The notes below the pieces were generated by a model. That model did not search any database. It was not told the DNA's origin and saw only the letters and a program-made list of their open reading frames with translations. 64,000 nt of DNA. Source: Camelus dromedarius. Lineage: Eukaryota. The position numbers and the translations under genes were made by a program. The stretch lies in NCBI RefSeq assembly GCF_036321535.1, contig NC_087437.1, positions 71,426,001 through 71,490,000 on the forward strand, in the 5' to 3' direction. This document shows positions 26,850 to 40,370 of the stretch, piece by piece (positions within the stretch are counted from its first letter, which is position 1; every line of letters starts with the position of its first letter).

Positions 26850-27930
26850 CTTATTTCCTCCTTCCAATGTTGACAATCATACAGGCATATACAAAACTCA
26901 TGGTGTTTTTCAACTGTTTTACAAAAATGGGATCTCATTCTATACATTTCTCTAAACTCTGCCTTTCTCACTTAAGATAAGTGATGGAAATTCTTTTATT
27001 TGGAAATCCTTTTGATTCACTAGCATCGATTTAACTCCTACTTTTAACTGACTTCAAAAACATTCTATAATATGCCTGTGCAATAAGTTACATATCAATA
27101 CCCCTATTGACAGGCATTCCTTTTGTTCCCAGGTTTTTGCTACTACAAACAATGCTGCAATCAACATTTATGTGAACACTTACTTACTAGTGTTTTTATT
27201 TCTAAGGAAAGAGTCCAACAGAGTGGGATTGCTGGATACAATATGTTTTTTCAGTATTAACAGATATTGCCTGACTGTATACTAAAAAACTAACAATTTA
27301 CATCTCCACTAGCTTAATTTTTGCTAATCAGAAAAGAATATTTCATTGTTAGTATATTGATTACTAGCGGAGTTATACATCTTTTCATAAGTTTGTGGAA
27401 TGTTTGGATATCTCTTCTTGAAGTTCTGGTCATGTTTTACCCATTTTTCTACTGTGTGCACTTTTCCTTAATATGTAATAGTTCTTACAAATGTTAACTC
27501 CATATCTGTTATACATATTTCAAATATTTTTTATTCTGTTTTTTGTCCTTTATTTTTGCCATTGAAAAATTCTTCATTTCTATGTAGTTTCATATATCTA
27601 AGTTTACTTTTACGACTTTTAGATTTCCTATGTCAGCTTAAAAGGTCATTACTACGTCTAGAGTGTGTATGTAGAAAAATTTTAGGAGTTAATATTTTTA
27701 TTGTTTAAAATATTTAGGCTTTTAATCCATCTGAAATTGGTTTCTGCATATGCTGCAAAGTACTGGCTCAATTTAATTTTCTTCTAGACAGACAAGTTGC
27801 ATCAGTTATATTTATTATAGATGTGCCTTTTTTCCCATGGGATTAAAATATGTATCACTTTACCATGTATTAAATTCCTTTATATGCTGGGATTTACTTC
27901 TGCTTTTTAAAATTCTGCTGCACTGACATA
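26850..27930 (-). mobile_element. Ancient L1 (L1ME-like) fragment
   Basis: tttgctactacaaacaatgctgcaat...gagtgggattgctgga...ttaatccatctgaaattg. Confidence 0.65.
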
Positions 27931-28007
27931 GGCCTAAAAATAAATCTGCACTTATAAAATTAAATAACTTTTTCAATTATCTGGATAAGTCAAAATTTTC
28001 CACTTAA

Positions 28008-28382
28008 TAAGTCAGAAACACAAATACCATATGATATCACTTATATGTGGAATCTAAAATATGACACAAATGAGCTTATTTATGAAACACAAACAGATTG
28101 ACAGACATAGAAAAACAATTTATGGTTACCAAAGGGGAAAGGGGTCAGGGGAGGAATAAATTAGGAGTTCGGGATTAGCAGATACAAACTACTATATATA
28201 CAACAGATACACAAGGTCCTACTGTACAGCACAGTAAATTAAATTCAATATCCTGTAATAAACCATAATGGAAAAGAATATGAAAAGTAATACGTATATA
28301 TATGTATAACTGAATCACTTTACTATATACTAGACACTAACACAACATTGTAAATCCACTATACTTCAATTAAGACACACAC
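28008..28382 (+). mobile_element. L1 3'UTR fragment with TSD
   Basis: atatcacttatatgtggaatcta...actatacttcaatta; TSD AAAATTTT(C/T)CACTTAA at 27992-28007 and 28383-28398. Confidence 0.9.
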
Positions 28383-29979
28383 AAAATTTTTCACTTAAGA
28401 CATCCAAGTAATTAAGAAGAAATCATTATTTAAATGCCTTAATTCTCCACATCAAATAAAATTTTTCCTGCCCAAGCAACGACTAGTGATTGTAGGAACT
28501 CAAATATATAGAAAGTATAGTAATAAATTTTAAATCTTTCTTTAATTTCCTAATCTAGAGATAATTCCTTATTTTCATGCATTTCTGTTCATCTTTTCAA
28601 TATGCATATACAATTATTTCTACATATATAGTTTTTGTATCATTTGTATGCATTAACCATTTTATTTTCAATGAAGTGAGTTTAATTATTTTTCAGAAAA
28701 TAAAACATAGCATGTTGTTGATGTAACTTTTAAAAGGTTTATCAACAAAAGAACAATAGTTTCAACAGATAGCATTAAGATTCAAAACTGAAATTTTTAT
28801 TGTAGTAGCTAGCCATAAGAGTGACACCAAAAAAAAGCAAGCAAAAAAACATAACTTAAATCTGAAAATATCTATGAAATATCATCAATTTTTAAAACCT
28901 AATTGCAGTTGTGAAATTTATTAAACAGAGCTAACTATGAACAAATATAAAGAGGAGTTTCAAATAATCATTAAATAATTTTATTCACAGTAGTGAGTAA
29001 TTTTAAAGATGGCTTTAATAGTTTGAAGTAAAAACAAACATTTATTACTATGAAAATATATATTTATTTCAGCTGTCTTTACTACATATATATTATGTAC
29101 ATACTATATATACATAAAAGAATACACTTATAAAAACCAGTCACTTTCAGTCCACAACAGGAAAAAAGAAAATAAACTTTTAAAGTCTCTAAGAAAGAAA
29201 TTAAATGGAAAACATGGTTGCTGATCACAATTTATTTCATTACAATCAAAAACAACATTAAAGAGAATATTCAATAATCTCTTAATAAAATTTTTCCTTA
29301 GAACAAATGAGTAATCTTTTTTTTCAGGGTAAGGTGAAAAATAAACTCATGATAGTTATACTTCAGTTACTGTTTAATTTACTGATATTTTCCATTACAA
29401 AACCACTAATTGTTGTGAATCATCAATCTAGGAAAGGAAAAATTTTACTCTAGTTCACATCTCTGCTGTGTTCTCTATATTCCTACATCTACTCCAAATG
29501 AGGAAAAAATAAGATATAAAAATATTTAAAATAAAAGGCAAAAATTTTAAACATGAGCATAAACTCAAAAGTCCCTACTATACATTGTACCTACTCAGTA
29601 CAATTTTAATATATTTTTATAGTCCACTGTATACAGGAATATTAATTAGAAATAGAATACCCCCTTAAATTGATTCAACATATTAACGATCATAAGATTT
29701 GGAAAATCTTTATATAGGAAATATTAAGTCACTGCAGTTACCAAGATAATAGGCTTTATGTTGGTATTCTCGGCACCTATTAATAAATCTGTTTTAGAAT
29801 CTTTACTAGAAGGTATATTTTTCTTGCTGTTTTTTTTTCTAACAGCCTCATTTCAAATTCTACCCCATTCTGCATACACCAAACTTGTTGCTCAACTTTA
29901 TAGGATTATCTAAAAGTCTCCTTTAGAAATTCAATATATAAAATCAAATTAAATATCAGTAAAGTTAATTTTTTACATG

Positions 29980-30170
29980 TACGTTGTATGTACTAGGCCC
30001 TCTGCATTCATAATCTAATTTAATAGTACCTATGGAATAGACTTAAACTTAAGGAAATATTTTAGATTAAGTAAATTGTCCAAGGTCACACAACTTAAAT
30101 AAGTGGTAAAACCAGAACTTGAACCCAGGTTTACAGGATTATGAAATCTACTCTTAAAGTCTGCAATATG
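29980..30170 (-). mobile_element. MIR SINE
   Basis: ttaagtaaattgtccaaggtcacacaact...agaacttgaacccaggt. Confidence 0.7.
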
Positions 30171-33170
30171 TTGCTTTACATTTAAATAACACTAAGTATT
30201 TAAAATACTTTCATAGGGATTATCTAGGGTTTATTTCACTTGCAATCACAATATCCTTGACAGGAAGGTTCCTCAGTATCAAATCCTAAACCGTCAACCC
30301 CAACTTTACTTAAAAGAGCAGGTAGTTAAAGTGGCAGTGCTAAATGATGGTCTTCTGACTTTTAGTCTAGTGCTATATCACGTGTAGCCTATTCAGAGCC
30401 ACATTTTTCATTAAATACAACTCATTCCTCTTTTCTTCCCTTCCATATTATCCAAACATGCTGCAAACATGTATATGAACATACATGTTATGAAAATAAG
30501 TTGGTCAGTAGAATTTTTTAAAAGTAGTTTAATCTCCCTGCCCAATTGTCAAACATTCATTCAATAATTTATTGAGTGCCTACCAGGTACTTCAGAATTG
30601 TGGTGTTAAAGATGTAACAGTAAAGACACTGTCCTTGAATTGCTAGGAGCTTTATAGTTTACTAAGGAACAGCCCAGCAAATAGTAATTAAATACAATCT
30701 GCCAGAAGTGAAAATAGAGAAACAGAAAATATTGTGTAATAGTCTACAGGACTGAGTAGCTAGTTGTGTGCACAATGGAAGAAAGCATTCTTGGTGGTGG
30801 CCATAATCTATAAAGGCAGTGACAGAGAAAAAACCTAAGAATAAGCACATAAGAGGTGTCAGAGACCCTAACACAGAAACATTTGTGTGTCACTTAATGA
30901 TGGAATACAGCACAATTCCCTAATGAATGTTAAGATTTCTACATGTAATACTCATAAACTGATAAAGCTAGCCTCAGAAATGGCTTCTGAGCTTCAAATC
31001 ACTTGTTTGTGTGTGCAAATTGTGTATAATGTCAAAGCTCTTTTTCAAATTCAACTTTAGTAGTAATTTAGTCATAAATTCCCACTGCCAATCTTCCAAA
31101 TTCCATCAGTGGTTAAATTATTGCTTTTGTAAGTTCTCTAAAATAAGGGAAATTGTGAAGTAAAACTGCAAACTCATTCATCCTCTTTCATATTGATATT
31201 TTCCCCTCTAGTACTCCATCCTTTTTAGCTGGTTTTTCTCTATCCCATTTTAGTCTCACCCAGAAAGGACTGGTTTGGATTTCAAGGACACTTAAAGAAT
31301 TCCTCTTATTGGTGGAATGTCACCTGAGCAATAAGGTAACACTGCTTATGTTCTTCTCTCCTCCAGAGATCAGGGAACCTCATACTGGAATAAATTAAGG
31401 GATAAAACTATATTTATATTGGTAGTAGGCATGGATACATAGATATATCAATAGATTAGTGCTATTGTCCAATATAAGTCATATGTATAAAATACTAAAA
31501 TAATAAATTATAAATAGTAGTCTTCTCTATTAGGAAAGCAAGAAAGACCTCAAAGATTATATTTTCTAGTAAGGAGTATCCATAGGCTAGTTTTTTCTAT
31601 TTTGAACTTATTATAAAATATTTTGTTAAATTGCTCTTACTCTAGAATTTTAATTTCCCCTTAATAAGAACAGTCTATTGTAGAGAATTTGGAAGATACA
31701 GAACAACAAAAATCACACCCACCAAAGATAATGATTCCAATTTCCTCATTTTTCGGCTGTCTTTTTAATGGATTCTTTCAATCACACTGGCTAGAAAACT
31801 ACAAGGCTAATCTAAGAATACGATTTTTCAGACCAAGAAAAAGTATAACTTAAATTTTAAAAATAAAATTTGTAATTTCTGTAAGGACTTCCAATTTAAA
31901 AGAACCAAGGGACTTTCAGAGTTTGCAGTATAAATAAAAGAGTTTAACCTCAAACAGAAAAACACTCTTCCCTAAAGCACATTGTTTGGGGTCAAAACAC
32001 TGGTTACTATATTACCTATGAAATGGGAGCACACTGGATTGGGCAAAAACCTGAACAACATAATTTCTATGTTTTCACAAAATACTTTTCATCAAAATCT
32101 GAACAGGTCACCTGGAGGTTTACAAATGGGGAAAGCTAAGGAGGGATACAAATGCTACTTAATATAAATTTACCACTGGTCAAGGAATTGATTGAGAGTG
32201 GCAATTAAGTAGGATTTTAGGGAGAAACGGCAAAAGAGGATGTCAAAGGCCAAAAATATGAAGTCAACAATATCTCGACTTAACCTCCTTACCTTTAAGT
32301 TTACCGTCAAATACATTTGGTTTAACTATTTTTCCAGCCCAATTAATTTCTGAAGAATCACTTCCCTTTCAGGGAAGTCACTTTTCGTAAGGTAGCCTGG
32401 GTCTCCGGCAGATCGTGACATCGCAATACCATCTTTCAGCACCTCCCCATTCAAACGAGACTGTCGCATTACCAATATCGCCTATTTTGAACCTAGTGTA
32501 TCTTTATTCTTTTAACTGTCCTCTCCCTTCCTGCACCATAAAATCAGGTAAGAGAAAGATAAAAGGCTCCCTTATATCCTTCCAGTTCCATCCAAAGCTT
32601 ATGAACATCTATAAAACGCCTCTCGTAGGGATGTCAGATAAAAACTCAGAATTACTGAGAATGCACATTCGGAAGCAAGCTTTACAATGACTCCGCAGTG
32701 AGGGCCACATCAGTGACATTCTCTCCCAAGCCTGTCTCACAGGAGACGCCTCTGCCTCCAGGGTTTTTCCTATCTCCCCGCTCCCCAGCCCTAGGCTGAA
32801 GGTAAAGACCGTGCAAGGCCTTCATCAAAGAATGGGCTTTGGGAATTGAGACCAGGAGGCTACTGCAGACCACAAGGAATGCCTGAAACCAAGCCCACTA
32901 TCCGAAGCCCCAAAGACTCCGAATAGGAAGCCATAATGGCCGCACTCACCCCCAACCCCAGAAAAGGTGTACATCTCAAATCCCTAGGTTGTAGGGGCGA
33001 CCACAGTGGGGAGCAGGTCAAGAGAACTGAAGAAATGAGCTCCTCGCCAGTGCAGGATGACAGCGGGGAGGAAACCTCGGACAGCAGAGGCCAACGTTCA
33101 CACTCTCCCTTCTCTTCCTCCTCCCACCTCTTCCATCCCCACTAGCCGCCGGTTACCGGTCGCCGCTCAC

Positions 33171-33250
33171 CTGCCGGGGCGCGAGATGCAGAAACTGTAC
33201 CGATCACAGACCCAGAGGCTCTGTCACAGCGGGAGGGGAAGTCTTCAGCT
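33171..33250 (-). other. ATP6V1A: ATP6V1A non-coding exon 1 (TSS end approximate)
   Basis: Strong donor GCAG|gtgagc at 33171/33170 inside the CpG island, just downstream (minus sense) of a CLEAR box and GC box; exon 2 begins with an acceptor so an upstream exon is required. Confidence 0.8.
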
Positions 33251-33273
33251 GCAGAGGGGGGCGGGCCTAGACA

Positions 33274-33283
33274 GTCACGTGAC
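33274..33283. promoter_or_regulatory. CLEAR element (TFEB/TFE3/MITF, USF E-box) GTCACGTGAC
   Basis: Perfect 10-bp palindrome just upstream of ATP6V1A exon 1; V-ATPase subunit genes are established CLEAR-network members. Confidence 0.85.
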
Positions 33284-33470
33284 ATCGAGCTCCGCCCTGT
33301 GCTCCCCAGCCGGGCTCGCTGCATCGTGGGGGCCTGTATTTTTGCGGATTGTTTGAACATTAATTTCCTTGCGATTAGATTTTAGGAAAAAAACAAATAC
33401 GTTCACAAAGATTATGTTGTAAAGAGCAATGCAGAACGCGTGGGTGCAATGGGTTAAAGTGCATTGCTAA

Positions 33471-33512
33471 GGAAGTGACGTACACGCCAAGATCTAGGGA
33501 CCGGAAATGGCG
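33471..33512 (+). promoter_or_regulatory. Composite ETS-CRE (GGAAGTGACGT, 33471-33481) and ETS-YY1 (CCGGAAATGGCG, 33501-33512) motifs
   Basis: Motif matches read directly; ETS/GABPA and YY1 sites are typical of bidirectional housekeeping promoters. Confidence 0.55.
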
Positions 33513-33571
33513 ATGGAGTTCCGTCCCCTTGGGGCCCGCCGGTAAAATCCCAGGCTTAAAGGTTTGAGGCA

Positions 33572-33581
33572 GTCACGTGAT
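33572..33581. promoter_or_regulatory. Second CLEAR-like E-box GTCACGTGAT
   Basis: 9/10 match to the CLEAR palindrome, between the two first exons. Confidence 0.7.
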
Positions 33582-34338
33582 ACCAGAATTTGAAACGTGC
33601 TGGACGGAAGCCAAGTTATCCGACCAAGTGTTATTAAGTTTATTTGTATTAAAATCACCTCATTTACTTAAGTCTTCCACAGACTTCTTTACAATTAGAA
33701 GAACCAGCTTTATAAAATTTTATTAGGAAGACAGGAGCGTTTGAAGGTCATTCTGGAGACTACCAATTGGGAAGAACTGGGTCGGGGAAGACTGATCTTG
33801 TAGAAGTGGGAGAGGAAAGGGAGGGGTGGAAAAATCCGGATTTTACCGCCAGGGCCTACCGGGCCAGCCCCACAAGTTGTGTCGTAAGGGATGGGAGGAG
33901 GAAGATGACGCCAGAGGGCCGAACCCAGTAGAAAGATGGAGGTCCTGAGATGGAGGGGGAAGGGTGCGCGGAGGCCTGCAGTGCGGCTGCGCGCGAGGCG
34001 GCCGACGCGCCGGCGCGCAGAGGGGGCGGGGTGAAAGGTCACAGCGCGGCAGCGGGTCTGGCTGGCTGCGGCGGCGGCAGGCGGGAGGCAAGTGCCCCGT
34101 GTGCACGTGTGGAGAAGCGGCGGCCCCAGCGCGGCCGCAGGAGACACCCCCGCCCCCTCCGGAGACGCAGGGCCGCGCTCGACTTTCGCGGCCTCCGTCA
34201 CTCTCTCAGCTCCCTGCCCGAGGCGAGGAGGCCGGCTGGTGGGGTTGAGTGGCCCGAGCTGAGGGCGCGGAGAGCTCAGGGCGGCGACGACAACGGCGTT
34301 GATATCGGTGGTAACAACGGCCTCAGCAGGCGGGGAAG

Positions 34339-34346
34339 ATGAAAGG
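34339..34346 (+). CDS. NAA50: NAA50 exon 1 coding part (ATG AAA GG), preceded by GC-rich 5'UTR
   Basis: gggaagATGAAAGG|gtgagg; supplies MKG that joins exon 2 in phase 2. Confidence 0.92.
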
Positions 34347-37300
34347 GTGAGGAAGGGCAGCCGGGCAGGGCCCGACTGGCGGGGGAGAGGGGCTGCGAAG
34401 GAAGGGAGAGACTGGGCGAAGACCCGGCGGAGGGAGGTTTCTGGGCTCCTCTGCTCACTGAGGGGGCGGAGGCTCGACTCCGGCTGTTGGCGGGCTGACG
34501 GGCCAGCCGAGGCACGACCGGGGAACCCAAGATTTGGGCTCGGAGGACGAGTGCGGGTTGAGTGGAGACCAGCAGCGGAGTGGGACCGCGGGGAAAAGCT
34601 CTCGTTAGATGCCTGGGGCCTCCTACCCCGGAGGAGAGCAGACAGTAGAGCCACCCCCAGCCCGCCACTCCAAGTGGAGCGGGCTGGTTGTCCTCTTCAG
34701 ATCCAGGCTCAACACTGAGAACTGTGGTCTTTGACACTTTTCGGGTTTATTCACACTTGGAAGCCGTACAGAACCTTCTGGACGGAGAAGGAATTGGAAT
34801 AAAGAGCGAGGAGATGAGTATTAAGAGCTAGTGACTCAACTGGATTTGGGTTGGGTCAGAGCGAGTGGAGGAGGGGGAGAGCGTGAGCACTGTAGACTTG
34901 GGGTGTGCCAAAATGTTTAAGGAAGTATTGTTGATCAGTAGGTGGAGCTGTTGCTCCAGCAGTTCACTATTGCCCCTGTGCCTCAAGGGGGGTCCTTGGT
35001 TACTACGAAGCTTTCTTCAGGTGTTTGGTAAAGTTTATATTCTTTCACACGTTTCCTTTTGGATACAGTTGGGGATTATTTTGGTTCGACTGTTCCATTT
35101 GGATAAAATGTCACCTTACTATTGAATTACGTACTGTTAAGGTATTATTTACATAACATGGTGTTGTAAAATATTGACTAAATTAGCCATTTTAGAGCTT
35201 GCCTTTACCCTCCTTAGAGAAAGAAATGGAATCTTACCAATGTTAAAAGCTTTTTGAGATGGCTGAGTTTTTTGCTGTTATACCAAGTCAGTTAAAGAAT
35301 TGTAACTGTGTTTTGAGTTAGTGAAGCTTTTCAAACTATTCAGCAGCCCTTTTGAGAATGAAATAAAAGTCAGTGTTCGAAGTAATCACATATTGCCTAA
35401 AACAAGGGTCTGAATATTGCCTGGGTGTGTATGTGTGAGTGAGGTCGCAGAAGAGGTCCAAGAAAGTTGAATTTGACCTAATGTTTGTAACGTGATTCTT
35501 TTACTCTGATTTTGCTTTAAATACTGGAAATTCACTGTGATGTTGAATTGCGTGTTTTGTGTTAAAGTTTAGAAATCATGAAATTTTCACAGTACCTGCT
35601 TTATTCTACATCAAGTTCTAAAGAGTTCCTATCAGGATATTAATTGAGGGATATGGGAAGTATGTGCTGCACTTAAATCATGATCTAGGAAGTTTGGCTA
35701 TTTTATATATGATCCAGTATAATTTGGCGAGTTTTTTTTTTTTTTTTCTCCTTGAGTATAGATGCAGTTTCTTACTTGTTTTTGTATTCTCATTGGCACT
35801 CAGTACTCATTTGTCTTTGTTAAAGTGATAAAAATGAGGCTGAAGAGTTACTGGTGTTGAGATTGTGCATAGATTTAAAGAGGAGGAACTTAAATTATTC
35901 GGAATGTTTAGATCCCAAATCTTTGATCTAGCTCAGTCTGTCTACGACGCAATGTTCTTCTCGGTACTAACTTGGTAATAGGAGTGGGGTCAAGAAGCAG
36001 TATTATTCACAGTCTACCTTCTGTTGATATATTCATGAGGCAATTATCTTTTTATTTAAATTGGTTGTTTATATGTAACAACCTGATAGAGACAAATCTT
36101 CAAAAATGAATAATTGCCGAATTTAGTGGAAATTTATAGTTATTGAATCTGTGCCTTATGCTAACAACTATGCCTAAAATATAGAGTCCTTTAGACTAGT
36201 TCCTATCACCTCTTACGATTGGGAATTTAAGATTATGTTCTTAATGGCAAACTTCCAAGATGATTTTGCAGGAATAGTCCCTTTAACTTCACAGATGAAC
36301 TAAATCCTAGTTAAGATGGGACTTTAAAATTTTTTCCAGTTGTAAGTCTTGTCCTTAAGACACTGAACAAATGAAGACAGTGGATGTTATTTAAAAGATT
36401 TTAAGTTCCTTGAGTTCAAGCTCTGTATCACCCCGAACAAGGTCGTCAGTGTTACCAGTCCTGACTCTTGATTTGTAAAGGCCCGTGAAAATGAAACATC
36501 AGTGGTCCTGATTATGTGGTTTTTGTATGAAATTTTATTTGCTGTGTTTATTTCATATATTTAGCTAACTGAAGTTTAAGTTGAATAGAAATATCTAAAA
36601 TTGGAAACATGCAGAACTCCTGGCTCTGAATTAGTCTGCTGTTTAAATATTTACATTGTTGCATATATTGTCTACCATTCTGAAACTTTAAAAACTTACC
36701 ATTTTACCTGCTTTTTCTTCATATTTTTAGTTTTTATTAGTAGCAGTGGGACATTCCATGATATTGGCATGTATTTGCCTTTCCTCCGTAGTAGATAAAT
36801 TTCCAGTTATTAATTGCTGCATGTATTTATATGCATGGTCTAGAAATTTGGGATATATTACAAGATGTTACTTCCTTTTTACTGAGGTTGCTTGTTTTTA
36901 TGAACCAGGGACGTTGTAGGTTGAATTTGTGGGTGGTAAGCTGATGAGTTTTATCTGTTGTTCCTCTCTGGGAAAGGTTATATTCAAACAAGAAGGTATG
37001 TCATACACAGCCATGACTGAGATGGCAATGTAATTAGTCAATATAATATAAAGTAAAACTGAATTCACTTCCCCTTCAATTGTAGTAAAGAGATGTAAAC
37101 TAGTTCTAATGAAAATGTCTTTAACAAGATGTGAATACATATGAACAAAGTAAAGATAGGAAAGTAAACAGCAATAATATAGTATAGAACAGTAAGTGAA
37201 ATGTTTATGGACTGGGAAGGGATGCAAGGGAGTTTTGTGAAGTATCTTTACCTTGGGCATTGATTTACCCGGGTGTATACATATGTTAAAAATCATTGAG

Positions 37301-37371
37301 CTGTGACAAGATTTGTGCTCTTTACCATGTGTATTTTCTACTTCAATAAAAAAGTGTTGGTTTTGGTTTTG

Positions 37372-37402
<31 letters not shown>

Positions 37403-38106
37403 CAGGAAAAACTGAAAAGGCTAGTGAGGCTGAAGTGGATTCAGGAAATTCAGTAAACCTGCAATTCATACGTGTTGCTTCTGTGAATCCAGTAATTTGT
37501 GGGATGTTAATTAAGATAGTGGACTTTAACAAACACTTTGTATTGTCCCCTTGCTATGTTGAGATGAATTCGTGTAAGATATAATCTATCTGTACCACAA
37601 TTTTAAAAAATTTATGTCCTAACTAATATAAAGGAGAAATAAAAGGAAAGTAAATTGTAATAAGATACCTATTTCAATATGCAAATAAGCAAGTACATCT
37701 ACACCACAGATCATAAGATGTTTGCATCTGTCTATAAATAAAATCATTGTATAATTTAGAAAATACATTTACTACCAATTCAGATGTGTGCCTTGGTGAG
37801 TAATGCTTTGTTGCCATCAGTGTTGTAATTTCTTCCCCAGATTGTGGACAGCTCTTGGTAAAGTTCTAAACAAAACAAAGTATAATCAAGAATTTGTGGG
37901 TTGGAAAAGATTTTTAAAGGCCACCCGTCTAAAGAATTATCTTTCAAAGCCAGTACTTTTGCCAGACCAAACTAATAGCTATATTGTCTATTTTGGCCTG
38001 TGGAAATCCTTTTGACTCCTAATTTTCTCTTCCCAGTATTAGCTATGGCTTCCAGCTTTGTGCCAACTGAAAAGATATACCTTCTCAATTATTTAAATGG
38101 CTGTCC

Positions 38107-38239
38107 TTTTTTCTTTTTCTTTTTTTAAATTTTTTATTTACTTTTTTTTTGATGGAGGTACTGGGGATTGAACCTAGGACCTCATGCATGCTAAGCAGGC
38201 ACTCTACCACTGAGTGCCTGTCTCTATCCCCTCCCCCCC
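38107..38239 (-). mobile_element. Vic-1-like SINE with 9-nt insertion in the A-box
   Basis: Minus strand GGGGGAGGGGATAG[AGACAGGCA]CTCAGTGGTAGAGTGCCTGCTTAGCATGCATGAGGTCCTAGGTTCAATCCCCAGTACCTCC + A-rich tail. Confidence 0.88.
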
Positions 38240-39079
38240 GCCCCGGTTTTCTTTTTTTTTTTTTAAAGCACAAGTGCTTTCACCATTTTGCACATCAGTT
38301 CTGATTGTGCCACACACTTGCAAACACTTGATATTGTCAGTCTCTTAAAGTTTTAACTATCCTAGTATGTGAGTAGTGATACCTCATTGTGGTTTTATTT
38401 TGCATTTACCAAATGGGAACCGCTGTTGAACATCTTTTCATGTGTTTATTATCCATATCCCTTTGTGAAGTCTTTGTTTAAATCATTGTCCATGTTTAAA
38501 TTGGGTTGCTTTTTCATTATTAAGTCATAAAAGGTTTTTTTCCATATTATAAATTTTGGTTACATGTTATTATATACACACAACAGATATTTTGTCCAAG
38601 TATTTAATAACAAATCCTCATCATTAGTTTCAGAAATTTCTCAATTATTTTCAACTGTTTATTCTTTCAGGTGTTTTCTGGAATGATTTTTGTTAAGTTT
38701 AGAAAAAAAGTCACATTGAAATTTTAATTTAACTTGTTTAATTTACCAATGAACTTGAGAGAAGCTAGACGGATTTATAAAATTGTTTCCCCTTCCTGTC
38801 ATGTGGTATGATTTTGCATTTATTAAACTCATATTTTAAGTAAAGTTTTATGTGTTTTAAAGGAAAAAAAGCACAGACTACAAAAACCATTAGGATACCA
38901 GTAGTAACCAATAGAAACATTTTTTTCTTCATGGAAGTGAGAATTGTATGGATTATAGTTTAATAACTACAAAATTATTATTGTGCTATCATCAAACACT
39001 GCTTTTTCTTGTGTTTTTCTTTTCCATCATCTCCCATATGCCATTCATGAATGTGCCTACCTTTTTGGCAAAATGTTAG

Positions 39080-39500
39080 TCCTGTCCTGTCCAATACAGT
39101 AGTGACTAGCTACATTTGGCTATTGAGCAGTTGAAATGTGTCTTGTGTTAATGAGAAACTGAATTAAAATTTTAAGTTAATATTTAAAACTGATGATTTT
39201 ATGTATGTTTGGAACAACTTGGGTATGTGAACCTACTATGAATTTTATGAAATGGAAGTACAGATAAAATATTTCGAAGGAAAATTAGCATCTGAATTGA
39301 GATGTGCCGTAAGTGTAATGCTCACTGGATTTAAAGACTTAGTGTGAAAAAAAGATTTTTTAAAGATAAAACATTAATTTAAATTCTGATTACGTTTTGC
39401 CATGATTTCATGTGTTTTATTTTGTCTTTATTACTATAGATACTAAAAAAATTTTAATTATGTAACTCAAATTATATTTCTCTTAGATTGTGCTGTGCTA
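39080..39500. mobile_element. hAT-Charlie MITE (MER33/MER3-like)
   Basis: ctgtccaatacagtagtgactagctacatttggctattgagcagttgaaatgtg ... atttctcttagattgtgctg. Confidence 0.7.
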
Positions 39501-40370
39501 GACCCTGAAAAAACCAAATTTGTCTAAAACATAATCTCCTTCCTTAGGATCTAGTTCCCAGATGGTAAATATAAGGTGTGGCTGTTTATATCTCTGTGGT
39601 AACGGATTCTGAGACCACTCCTGTTTTTAGATTAAAATACTGTAATCCAGTCATCTTGTCTGGGGAGGGGATTAGAAGTATATAGTTGCCTTGCCTGAGC
39701 TGGTACACCCTGTATCGTACCCCTGTCACTGCTGAAACGGTTCTTAAGGGAAAAACCTTATTTTCCAAGTTCAGGTTTCTCGTCTCAGTCCTTGATAGAG
39801 CTGTAGTGAATGCTTGTATATAAAACTACTTGATACACATCCTAAATTATTTTGGATAATTCACTAGAGGTTAATTTTTTGGATCAGAAGGTACTGACAT
39901 TTTTAAAGCTCTGATATTTGTTTCCAGTTGACCTCCAGAAAGACAGTAGCAATTTTGAGAGTGTACTCTTTTCCAAGGGCTGAACTTGCAGAAACCTCAA
40001 GGAAATGGAGGAAGACATTGTGGCTGTCATTCTAGTCATGGGTGGTATAAGTTACCTTTGTCTAGGATAAGTGGCATACATTGAGTATTTCTACAAATGA
40101 TAGAAGTAACAATTTCTTTTCAAGTTGGTTTAGAGGACATAATACACATATAGCCTTAACTCTAGTTTTACTGTCCTGATCAGGTGATAAATGGTCCTTC
40201 TCTTTCCTTCTGTTTCTTTCTTATTGATTACTTGGTGAAGTTGGACATTTCCCACTTTTGCTGGCCATTTTTATGTTTTTGTGATGTAACTTACTTACAT
40301 AACTTCCCGGTTTTTAATTCGATTACTGATTGCTTTTTGACTTCAAATTACAGAACACAAAACGTTCTTT

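Larger units (their letters stand above)
32900..34750. promoter_or_regulatory. CpG island / bidirectional promoter of ATP6V1A (-) and NAA50 (+)
   Basis: Abrupt GC and CpG enrichment versus flanks; first exons of both genes diverge about 1 kb apart; GC boxes near 33256-33266 and 34021-34032. Confidence 0.92.

Noticed and set aside
33710..34737. Long overlapping ORFs (314, 153, 139 aa etc.) in the CpG island
   Set aside because: Pro/Arg/Ala/Gly-rich low-complexity translations in several frames, expected from stop-poor GC-rich DNA; no recognisable domain.
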